In this document: in pieces, positions 8,010-16,220 of the stretch
Numbering within the stretch: the stretch's first letter is position 1
Layout of the letters: each line of letters starts with the position of its first letter
From: a virus
DNA length: 64,000 nucleotides
Virus record (IMG/VR): IMGVR_UViG_3300025141_000063
Location: 1 to 64,000 of that record
Strand: one strand, 5' to 3'
Notes under the pieces: model-generated
Seen by the model: only the letters and a program-made list of their open reading frames with translations
The model's database searches: none
Told to the model about the DNA's origin: nothing
Program-made: the position numbers and the translations under genes

Positions 8010-10000
8010 TCAGTGCCTTCCTCGCTGTCGGTCAGTCCGGTCTGGCCCAGGACCTTCAGCTGCTGCACCGTCTCCTCCAGGGCGAAGAGCGCCTGCCGGA
8101 CCGCGTCCTCGGACATGGGCTTCAGGCCCACCCGGGTGGCGATGAGCAGGTCGGCGAGGTGGTGCACGGCGCTCTCCATCTCCGGGAGGTAGCCGATGTA
8201 CATGCGGACGTTCTCGGGCCGCAGGAAGTTGAGGCCGAGGATCTGGTCCACGGTGACCGAGTCGTCGACTTCGAGGGCGTGCTTCACGAGGCAAGTGCGG
8301 TGTCCATCGAGCGTGCTGGCGAGGCCCGAGACGGAGGCCGTCTTCTCCCGCTGCACCAGGTCCGCGGGCGTCAAGGACCTGACCCCCTCGATGCGGGTCA
8401 TGCCCCGGCGCTGCACGCTGGCCAGCTTCTCCTTGGCGTACTCGGGGGCCACACCCATCGCTCCGAGGATGAAGAGGGCGTCCGCCTCCTTCACCTGCTT
8501 GAAGTGCTGGCCCTGAACGGTGTCGAGCAGCGGGCTCCGCAGGGTGTAGGTGCCCCCGCCGCCCACGACGTCGACGTAGTCACAGCCGACGCGGGCCTGC
8601 TTCTCGATGCCCGCGGCGTCCTTCAGCTCCAACTGCTTGTTGGCGAGCTTCCAGAAACGGAAGAAGGTGGGGACCGCGTAGTGGTTCTCGGCGAGCTTGA
8701 CCGGGCCGTCCTCCAGGTCGGGGAGGAGCTCCAGGTAGGCCTCCTTGCCGAGGGCCGACTTGACCATGATCATCTGCTGGTCGCCGCGGGCGACCAGACC
8801 CTGTACCTCGAAGGGCACGGTGGCCACCTTGGTGCGGGGGTTCACGAGGTAGCCGAAGCCTTCTACCCTGCTGCTCCCTGTGGGAACGAGCGTGCCTGCC
8901 GATTTCGTCGTCGCGTGCACCTCGGGACTCAGCGAGTACCCCAGGTGGCTGTAGGCCAGCTTCACGCCGGGCATGTCGCGGCCGTCGAGGTTGCGGACCT
9001 CGGTGTAGACGCCCATCGGGACGCTCCGGTTGGGGGAGTCGTACATGCCCGCTTCCTTCACCAGGAAGGGCTCGGGGTACTTGGTGTCCTCGTACGTGGT
9101 GGCGTGCTTGACGATGGTGAAGGAGTCGTTGGGCTCGAGGTCCATGACCTCGTCCCCTGCGATGGCGCGGGCTCGGTCAGCCGGGATCACCTCCATCGCG
9201 GGCTCGAAGCTGGAGTGGCTGGCGGCCTTGAGCAGGAAGGTGCCGTCGTACTGGCGCTCGATCTGCACCACGTCCGGGTCGGTGAAGCGCGGCGATGCCG
9301 TCTTCTCCACGCCGGGGCCGTTGGCGATGGCCTGCAGGAAGGGGCCGACCGACTCGTGCCGCTGAACGGCCCAGGCCGTCGCCGGGTCTTCGAGGGCCGT
9401 GGCGATCTTGGCCATGTCGTCCCGATGGAGGGAGCCGGACAGCATCAGCGCTTCGAGGAGGAAGGGCGGCTTGCCGGAGGCGTACTTGCCCAGGTTCATG
9501 CCCTGGCCCGAGACGCGACCGGGCAGGTGGCCGGCGAAGCCAGAGTTGTAGCCGGGAGGGAAGAGATCAGAGGCGATGTTCTTGTCCGGCGGTGGCACGT
9601 CGGCCCCATCGAACGTCTCCGTCATGTGCATCTCTTCGCGGATGCGCTTCTCCGTCAGTGGGCAGGCCGTCTCGCCCCGCATGTAGATGTCGAAGGGGTA
9701 GAGCTGCCAGTCCTTGATGATCAGCAGCACGCGCAGGTGGTTGACCGGCTTGTTGCCCGCCAGCTCCTTGACGGAGCGCTCGGTGGGGTTCCGGACGGAG
9801 ACGAACCCGAACCCGTAGCCCTGCGCGGCGTCCAGGTTGGTCAGGTGCACGTCGATCTCGTAGTCGGCGAGGTACGGGCACTGCTGGGTGACGGCGCTCA
9901 TGATCACACGCGGCCACTCCGAGGTGTCGCCAGTCATCCGCGTGAACGGGACCGCGATCTTCTCGAAGGTGAGCTCGGGAGGGGTGACGAACAGTTCCAT
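8006..10000 (-). CDS. K-x-A-rich putative head/core (scaffold-like) protein, 664 aa
   Basis: AGGAG RBS upstream of ATG 10000; 20 of 32 lysines are followed by Ala at +2 (hand count); structural-operon context. Confidence 0.7.
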   Translation of the reverse strand: MELFVTPPELTFEKIAVPFTRMTGDTSEWPRVIMSAVTQQCPYLADYEIDVHLTNLDAAQGYGFGFVSVRNPTERSVKELAGNKPVNHLRVLLIIKDWQLYPFDIYMRGETACPLTEKRIREEMHMTETFDGADVPPPDKNIASDLFPPGYNSGFAGHLPGRVSGQGMNLGKYASGKPPFLLEALMLSGSLHRDDMAKIATALEDPATAWAVQRHESVGPFLQAIANGPGVEKTASPRFTDPDVVQIERQYDGTFLLKAASHSSFEPAMEVIPADRARAIAGDEVMDLEPNDSFTIVKHATTYEDTKYPEPFLVKEAGMYDSPNRSVPMGVYTEVRNLDGRDMPGVKLAYSHLGYSLSPEVHATTKSAGTLVPTGSSRVEGFGYLVNPRTKVATVPFEVQGLVARGDQQMIMVKSALGKEAYLELLPDLEDGPVKLAENHYAVPTFFRFWKLANKQLELKDAAGIEKQARVGCDYVDVVGGGGTYTLRSPLLDTVQGQHFKQVKEADALFILGAMGVAPEYAKEKLASVQRRGMTRIEGVRSLTPADLVQREKTASVSGLASTLDGHRTCLVKHALEVDDSVTVDQILGLNFLRPENVRMYIGYLPEMESAVHHLADLLIATRVGLKPMSEDAVRQALFALEETVQQLKVLGQTGLTDSEEGTE

Positions 10001-10008
10001 GGGATCTC

Positions 10009-11133
10009 CTATCCTACCTGCACCTTCGAGGACATGGCCAAGGCCATCGCCTTCGACGAAACCTTCGCGGCAGATACTACCGCAGCACATGAAGCCGGCG
10101 TGGGGGTAAGCGCCTGCAGGGCTGTGAGCAAGGGCTGCAGTGCGGCGTTCAACTCCGTGCCCTTCACGACAGGACTACCACCCCCGGCCAGTTTGAGCGA
10201 CGTCAGAGTGCCGGAGCTCTTTTCCAGTAGCGCCTCCAGCGCGCCCCCGTTGGCGCCGAGGTGGATGATGCCGGCGTTCACTTTGAAGCCCGGCGAGTCC
10301 GTCTTCACGTCCGTCGCAGCCGAGAGCTTGACCGCCTGGGTAGTGGACTTGATCTCGACGTCTTCCTTCGCCTGAAGCAAGATCGACTTCTCCGACTTCA
10401 GGGACCACGCGCCCTTCAGGACCCAGGACACGCTGCCGTCCTTTGCGACGTCGAGCTCCACCTGCACCGTCCTCCCGTCCTCCCCCTTGTCGTACACCTT
10501 GAGGCTCAGCGCCGAGGACGTCGCGGAATCCCCGTGCTGCCCCAAGATCAGCTCAGCGAGAGGGTGGGGGTCGTCGGCCTGCTCCTTGGCGAAGATCTTG
10601 CACCTGGTGGGCCGGCTGCCGGTGGTCGTAGTCTCGTCCCGATCCACCTCCCAGAGGAAGTCCCCTCCGAAGGCACGCAGGTGGTAGCTCTCGCACAGGT
10701 CCCGGATGATGTTGTTGATCGGGATGTACATCCGCTGGGCCAGGGGAGTCGCCTGGATCTGCACCACCCCGCCGCGCCGTACGAACACTGAGTTGCCGTC
10801 CCGCGTCCCCAGGTAGATGTCGCCGGGGTTCATGGGGCGACGGCTGGAGTCGTAGCTGCCCTCCTCGTTCCAGACCATGCCGAACCCGAGGATGAAGGCG
10901 CGGTCGCCGATCTCACTGGACTGGCACACCCAACAGGTCGCGCCCGGCTCCGGCATCACAAACATGCCCTCGCCCTCCGCGTAGTGCACGTAGGGCGCCA
11001 TCAACGGGATGCGGTCCCACCTGCGGGAGGACGACTGGGACGCCACGCTGACCGAGTAGCGGGCGACGTTGACGTCGTAGACCACGCCTGTCTCGATGAC
11101 TGGGGGGCCGAAGACCCCTGTCGCGTGCGACAT
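10009..11133 (-). CDS. baseplate spike/hub protein (gpV/gp5/VgrG-like)
   Basis: N-terminal OB-fold-like segment (GVVYDVNVARYSVSV...GEGMFVMPEPGATCWV) followed by beta-rich repeats. Confidence 0.6.
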   Translation of the reverse strand: MSHATGVFGPPVIETGVVYDVNVARYSVSVASQSSSRRWDRIPLMAPYVHYAEGEGMFVMPEPGATCWVCQSSEIGDRAFILGFGMVWNEEGSYDSSRRPMNPGDIYLGTRDGNSVFVRRGGVVQIQATPLAQRMYIPINNIIRDLCESYHLRAFGGDFLWEVDRDETTTTGSRPTRCKIFAKEQADDPHPLAELILGQHGDSATSSALSLKVYDKGEDGRTVQVELDVAKDGSVSWVLKGAWSLKSEKSILLQAKEDVEIKSTTQAVKLSAATDVKTDSPGFKVNAGIIHLGANGGALEALLEKSSGTLTSLKLAGGGSPVVKGTELNAALQPLLTALQALTPTPASCAAVVSAAKVSSKAMALAMSSKVQVG

Positions 11134-14100
11134 CAGGTGCCCTTCCGGGCCCAGCCCCTGCGCTTGCGGCGCAGGGCGGGCGGGGTGCGATTGGCCTTGC
11201 GTACGCTCTTCAAGATCTTGTCCGTCGTCGCGCTGGGCATCGACGGGAGGACCCCGCGCCCCGTCTTGGAGCCCTTGGGGGCGACCCCCTTCAACCCCTT
11301 CTCGGGGATGTAGAGGGTGCGGTAGTCCACCGTCACCTCCTCGCCAGCGTCCAGGTCACGGAGAGCCACCATGAAGCGGGCCTTGCCCTTCTTCTTGACC
11401 TCTGCGGTGGGTCGGGGGCTGTGGTTGGTCTTCTTGCCCTCCGATGTCTGCATCCCCCGCTCGTCGAAGGCGACGGCGACGGCCTTGCCCTTCTTGACGG
11501 GCCCGTCGGTGAAGAAGCCCTTGCCGTGGATCTCGGAGTCTCGGATGGCTGCCGCCTTCGAGTGCAGGACCGCCTCGGCCGCTCTGGGCGCCTCTGCTCG
11601 AGCCTTGGGGTTCGTGATGAACTGGCCCGCCAGCCGAGCCAGCGCGAGCGCCCCGAGCTCGGACGGAGGCTTCTTGGGCGCCATGCTGTGCAGGGCCGAG
11701 AAGTTCCTCGCGTGATCAGGGGAAGACACGAAGGCGTGGAAGGCGTCCTTGGCTTGGCGGCGGAGGACGGGGTTCTTCTTCACCTGCCCGGCGGCCGAGA
11801 CCAGCTTCCTGGGGCTGGGAGACCCGAGGAGCGGCAGCACCAGCTCCCTCAGCTCTCGAGCACGCTTCTCCCTGCCGGAGAGCAGCTTGCCCTGCAGGTG
11901 GTCGTCCCAGTCCTTGGCCGTCTTGCCGGACTCGTCGGTGAAGAAGCCCTTGCCGTGGATCTTGGAAGGAGCGACGGCCGCCTGCTTCTGCAACGGGATC
12001 CTGTAAGGCATGACCATCATCTCGTTGTGCAGCTGCTCCTGCAGCAAGAACTTCGAGGGGAATCGCTGCGGGCGCGCATCGCTCGAAAGGGCGGGCGCCT
12101 CCGGGTGCTTCTTTCTCCACGCCGCGTACTGCGCGTGGAGAATTTGGTGATGGTCGTCCCCCTCCTTAAAGTCGAACCGAGCGCCAGGGTGCTTGGCCCA
12201 CGCGGCGGTGCCTTGGTCCGCCGCCAGGATCTTCATGTTCTTCGCTCCCAACGACCTTCCGGCGCGCAAGCCGGCCTGCATCACCGCTCCCCCGATCCCC
12301 TTCTTCCTATGCTCCGGCTTCAAGTACAGGGACGCCCCGTACACGTCCCACGTCCCTTTTCGCCTCCGCTTCAAGCTGACAGTGGCGCCGTGAGGCACCG
12401 CCCAACTCTTCTGCGTCGCATCACTACCATCGGGCGCCCTGATCGGGATAGTGGCGTCGGGAGCCATCACCCCCAGGAAACGACGAGTCTTCACCGGGCC
12501 GAAGCTGTAGCCCTCGGGCAACTTCGTCCCGGCAAGCTGCCTCTCGACGTGCTGCTTCAACACCTTCGGCCGGTCTCGCCACCGCGTCTTCGCCAGCAAC
12601 TTCGACGCGGTCTTGGACTGCTCCTCGTCCACCTCCTTCTGTGCGCGACGCCGCATCACCAGGGCGGTCGAGATGCGCTTGCCGCGGACGGCCGCTGTCT
12701 TGGGGTTCTTCTGCCCGCGGCGGTAGGCCCCATACGCCAGCGCTGCCACAGCCAGGGGAACAATGGCGTGCCCCGCCATTGTTCCCGCCCGTCTTCCGAT
12801 CAGAGCGGCCTTGTCCGGGCCGTGCACCGCCTTGGAGACTGTCCGCGATGAGTCCTCAAAGTCCACTGGTGCCGTCGCGAAGCCCTCGGGGGTGAGCTTC
12901 CCCTTGTACGCCGCGTCGATCAGGTTGCTGCAGGTGTACTCCTCCCTCTCTCTGGCGCGAATCAGCTTCTTCCCCACCAAGGAGACCGCGGGGTCCGGGG
13001 TCAGCATCCCAAGCCCCGTGGCGGCCAGCCCTGTGTTGTCGTAGTCCTTGCCCACCTGGCGCTCGGCGAAGGTCACCGCACGGCGACGCAGCTTGTCGTT
13101 CTTCGGCGCGACGATCTTGTACTTCTTGGTGGCGAGCTGCTTCCGGATGTCGGTCTTCATGACCCCCTGCCCAATACGGGCCTCAACCATCTCGCCGTCG
13201 CCAACGTAGATGCCCGCGTGGGTGAAGCTCCCCTGCAGCGCCTTCGACGTCGCGACGAACCCGCGGTCGAAGAGCCGCCCTCTGCGCGTGGGCCGCTGGG
13301 ACTTCTGCGGAGACATGAGCACGATGTCCCCTGGCGCCAGGGCGTCGAAGTGCTCCTGTGCCATCGCCGTCTTCATCGCCGGGGCCTCGGGTGCTTCAGG
13401 GGGCTTCGGAGGCTTCGGGGGCTGTGGCGGCTTGGGCAGCTTGAAGATCTTGCCGCCGGACTCCACCTGCGCGGCTCCCTGCGGAGCCCCGAACCGGCGG
13501 ATCTGCTGCCGCAGTGCGGCCGGGGCGTGGACCATGCGCTGATCTTGCCCTGCATCGGAGGCGGCAGTCCTCCCTCGTCGAAGCGCGGAGTACGCCTTGT
13601 AGGCTGGGTTGCCTCGATACTGCTTCGTCGGGGCGTTCGAGATGCCGCCCTTCCGGCGGATGAAGCCGAAGGCCCGCTTCTCCACGGAGGCGGTGACGTC
13701 CATCTGGGAAGCCGCCGCAGCGATATTCCTCACCGCCCCGAGCCGACGGGTGGCGGGCCCGCGCTGTCTGGCCAGGGTAGCCGCGCTCCGCCGCGCGTGG
13801 GAGGTCGCCGCGGCCGTGTTGCCCCTAGCCCGCTGCGCGACTGCGCGGCGGGCATGTCCGTACCCCGTAGGACGGACCAAAGAGACCTTGCCCGTCTGCT
13901 GTCTGACCCTCCGTGCCGTAGTTCTGTGCCTGGCGAGGCTCCTTGCAAGATCTCGCCGCTGAGCAACAGGCCTCATGGCTCCTGCCACGCCAGCTACAAG
14001 TCCTGCGCCAGACGCAGATGGGGTGTTGGTAGCCACGTTCGTGGCAGCATGGGTCAGCCGAGGCATGCGCCGCGCCGCCGCCCCCCAGAGATCCACGGCC

Positions 14101-16220
14101 TTGTCGTTGAGGTAACCCGCCTGCTTCTGCATCGAGGCTTCCTGGGCCTTCCGCTCCCGGCGAGCTCGGAGGAGGCGGTGCACTCCGTACCCTGCCAGCG
14201 CCGTCCCACCGATGACTGCCCCGCCGATGGCCATCTGCCTGCCTGTCGGACGCCATCCGGTGCGAGGAGCTGCGGAAGTCGTTGCCGGGGCAGTCGTCGG
14301 AGCGGGACGAGATGCGACCACCTTCTCCGCGACCTGCTTCGCTACAGGGTTGGCCGGGCGAGAGGCCACCACCTTCGCAGCAGCCTGCTGAGCCACTGGA
14401 GCTGCGGCCGGGGCTACGACCTTCTTCGCAACCGCCTGGGCGGCGGGAGCAGCCGCGGGGCGGGACGCTACGACCTTCTCTGCCGCCCGCCTCGCTACTG
14501 CAGGAGCGGGCTTGGCCGCCGCTTCCTGAGCCTTTGCAGCGGCAGCGTCCCGCTGCTTCTTGAAGGTAACGGGGTCGATGCCGGCCCTTCGGGCAGGGCG
14601 CTCGATGTCCCGGTGATACCTCTGGTTCTCCAGAGTCTGCTTGTGCCAGAGCATCTCCTCTTTCGGCCTGCCCGTCCTGACCTTCTCCTGGAGGAACTCA
14701 TGCAACTCCCTGTGCCGGTGCTCCACCGGGCCCGCTCGATTCTTGAGCAGGTGTCGACTGCGCTGAAGTTGCGCCTTGTCCCACTTATCGCCGCCTTCGC
14801 GGACCTTCTTCTCGAGGTCCCGGCTGTCCAGGTACTCCAGCCGCTTGTACGTCTGCACGTCCTGGCGGGACGGTCCTCCCGGCCTCCACTCCGGCTCAGC
14901 AGGTCGCGTGAGCGTCGAGGGATCCCGATTTCGCAGGTACCGGGGCTTCCCGGCCGTCTTCTCCAGATCGGGGAAGGTACGATCCGTCACCTTCGAGCGT
15001 AGAGACTTCGCATACTCCAATAGCCTCCGACGGTTCTCAGGGGTGTCCTCCATCTTCGCCGTCGCCCATAGAGGGGCCAGGCGATTGGCCGAATCACGCT
15101 CGTTCGGGTACAGCTGCACGTCGAAAGCGTCCCCCGCCCTCCGCATGCGTACGTTCGGCTTGTCGAGCAGCACCTTGTTCGTTCTGGAGGAGACGTCCCC
15201 CAAGTGCCTCTCGGGCCCGTCTCTCTTCTCGAACCACTTCTCCAGCTCACTCCATGGCAAGTCTGGGGTTGGAGGCAGCCTTTCCTGCCCCTTGAAGTGG
15301 AAGTCTCGACTCTGGTTGTCTAGCGCCTGCGCGACTCCGCCGAAGTACTCCGGAACAGGCTTCATGGCGTGATAGCCCCTACCCGCCAGGGCCCCTACTC
15401 CTCCCCCAACTCCAGCGCCGATGAGGCCCCGCTTCAGCTTCTTGCCCTTCTCCGCGCTCGTGGCACCGACGGCGGCTCCCGTCGCTGCACCGAGGCCCGC
15501 GCCTACCAAGGTGCGCTTGTGCTTGGACGTCAGCGGCACCCACGCCTCCTTCACGGTCTCCCCCGGCTCCTGCAGCACCTTCGCCACCATCTCCTGCACG
15601 AGCGCCCACAGCCCCTCACGAGTAGCAACTGCCGGTTGACGTTCTCCCATGGGTGCGGGGGATTCCGGAAAATCGGTCCGCAGGTGCGAGGCGATTGCAC
15701 GGACCTGGTCCATGTCGAGCTCAGTGAAGCCTCGGCCCTTGTTCAGGTTCTGCAGCCACTCCGCCGTATGCCGAGGCGTGCTGTACCGCCGCTCTTTCCA
15801 CAGCTGTGGATGGAGGCTGTGGGGAACTCCGTGTCGAGTGAAGAGGGCGATGGTCTGGTCGAGGCCAAACTTGTCGCAGGCCATCTCGAGGTGGATGGTC
15901 GGGCGGAAGTCCCGGAGGTACTCCTCGTCGGTACGAGCGTCGATGACGTGCCCGAGGTCGTGGTACCCGGACCAGGCCCGGTCCTCCAGGGAGACGGGGA
16001 CACCCCGCCGGCGCATGGCGAGGTAGATGACCTTGTTGACCTCGTCCTGCGCGGCGTAGCTGGGCATGTCCTCCAGCACCGTCAGGTCGTAGTCGTACTT
16101 CGCCAGCTCCCCCTCCAGGTTCGAGAGCACGAGCTTCCATGCTCGGCCCTCCTCCGCTTCGGGAGGACGCGCTTCCGCGGCCCCCGTCTTGACGAAGGAG
16201 GTCAGGTCGTCAGTACGCAT
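11133..16220 (-). CDS. 1695-aa modular polyprotein (zincin-like, glycine-zipper/TM segments, permuted papain-like YiiX/C92 amidase, GNAT, SET)
   Basis: HDLGH...LEMACD; PGDIVL...THAGIYVGDG...VGKDYD...YTCSNL; LKPEHRKKGIGG; HGKG...NHS...GEEVTVDY; modules separated by K-x-A motifs; ATG 16220 overlaps the 3' end of the RNAP gene. Confidence 0.8.
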   Translation of the reverse strand: MRTDDLTSFVKTGAAEARPPEAEEGRAWKLVLSNLEGELAKYDYDLTVLEDMPSYAAQDEVNKVIYLAMRRRGVPVSLEDRAWSGYHDLGHVIDARTDEEYLRDFRPTIHLEMACDKFGLDQTIALFTRHGVPHSLHPQLWKERRYSTPRHTAEWLQNLNKGRGFTELDMDQVRAIASHLRTDFPESPAPMGERQPAVATREGLWALVQEMVAKVLQEPGETVKEAWVPLTSKHKRTLVGAGLGAATGAAVGATSAEKGKKLKRGLIGAGVGGGVGALAGRGYHAMKPVPEYFGGVAQALDNQSRDFHFKGQERLPPTPDLPWSELEKWFEKRDGPERHLGDVSSRTNKVLLDKPNVRMRRAGDAFDVQLYPNERDSANRLAPLWATAKMEDTPENRRRLLEYAKSLRSKVTDRTFPDLEKTAGKPRYLRNRDPSTLTRPAEPEWRPGGPSRQDVQTYKRLEYLDSRDLEKKVREGGDKWDKAQLQRSRHLLKNRAGPVEHRHRELHEFLQEKVRTGRPKEEMLWHKQTLENQRYHRDIERPARRAGIDPVTFKKQRDAAAAKAQEAAAKPAPAVARRAAEKVVASRPAAAPAAQAVAKKVVAPAAAPVAQQAAAKVVASRPANPVAKQVAEKVVASRPAPTTAPATTSAAPRTGWRPTGRQMAIGGAVIGGTALAGYGVHRLLRARRERKAQEASMQKQAGYLNDKAVDLWGAAARRMPRLTHAATNVATNTPSASGAGLVAGVAGAMRPVAQRRDLARSLARHRTTARRVRQQTGKVSLVRPTGYGHARRAVAQRARGNTAAATSHARRSAATLARQRGPATRRLGAVRNIAAAASQMDVTASVEKRAFGFIRRKGGISNAPTKQYRGNPAYKAYSALRRGRTAASDAGQDQRMVHAPAALRQQIRRFGAPQGAAQVESGGKIFKLPKPPQPPKPPKPPEAPEAPAMKTAMAQEHFDALAPGDIVLMSPQKSQRPTRRGRLFDRGFVATSKALQGSFTHAGIYVGDGEMVEARIGQGVMKTDIRKQLATKKYKIVAPKNDKLRRRAVTFAERQVGKDYDNTGLAATGLGMLTPDPAVSLVGKKLIRAREREEYTCSNLIDAAYKGKLTPEGFATAPVDFEDSSRTVSKAVHGPDKAALIGRRAGTMAGHAIVPLAVAALAYGAYRRGQKNPKTAAVRGKRISTALVMRRRAQKEVDEEQSKTASKLLAKTRWRDRPKVLKQHVERQLAGTKLPEGYSFGPVKTRRFLGVMAPDATIPIRAPDGSDATQKSWAVPHGATVSLKRRRKGTWDVYGASLYLKPEHRKKGIGGAVMQAGLRAGRSLGAKNMKILAADQGTAAWAKHPGARFDFKEGDDHHQILHAQYAAWRKKHPEAPALSSDARPQRFPSKFLLQEQLHNEMMVMPYRIPLQKQAAVAPSKIHGKGFFTDESGKTAKDWDDHLQGKLLSGREKRARELRELVLPLLGSPSPRKLVSAAGQVKKNPVLRRQAKDAFHAFVSSPDHARNFSALHSMAPKKPPSELGALALARLAGQFITNPKARAEAPRAAEAVLHSKAAAIRDSEIHGKGFFTDGPVKKGKAVAVAFDERGMQTSEGKKTNHSPRPTAEVKKKGKARFMVALRDLDAGEEVTVDYRTLYIPEKGLKGVAPKGSKTGRGVLPSMPSATTDKILKSVRKANRTPPALRRKRRGWARKGT
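11504..11962. repeat. exact 30-nt direct repeat (11504-11533 and 11933-11962)
   Basis: CGTCGGTGAAGAAGCCCTTGCCGTGGATCT occurs twice, encoding IHGKGFFTD on the minus strand. Confidence 0.9.
14300..14490 (-). repeat. Ala/Pro/Lys-rich coding repeat (KVVASRP x3 plus one KVVAP variant)
   Basis: AAEKVVASRPAAAPAAQAVAKKVVAPAAAPVAQQAAAKVVASRPANPVAKQVAEKVVASRP inside the polyprotein. Confidence 0.75.

Noticed and set aside
8006-10000. Major capsid protein or prohead protease call for the 664-aa protein
   Set aside because: No HK97-fold or protease catalytic motifs recognisable by eye; those genes are probably outside the window.
8159-10375. Long opposite-strand or alternate-frame ORFs (also 634-2247, 17285-19606, 20050-22371, 34585-36357, 49343-51316, 54050-56998)
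   Set aside because: Shadow ORFs expected from strong GC3 bias; they overlap better-supported genes and show no recognisable motifs.
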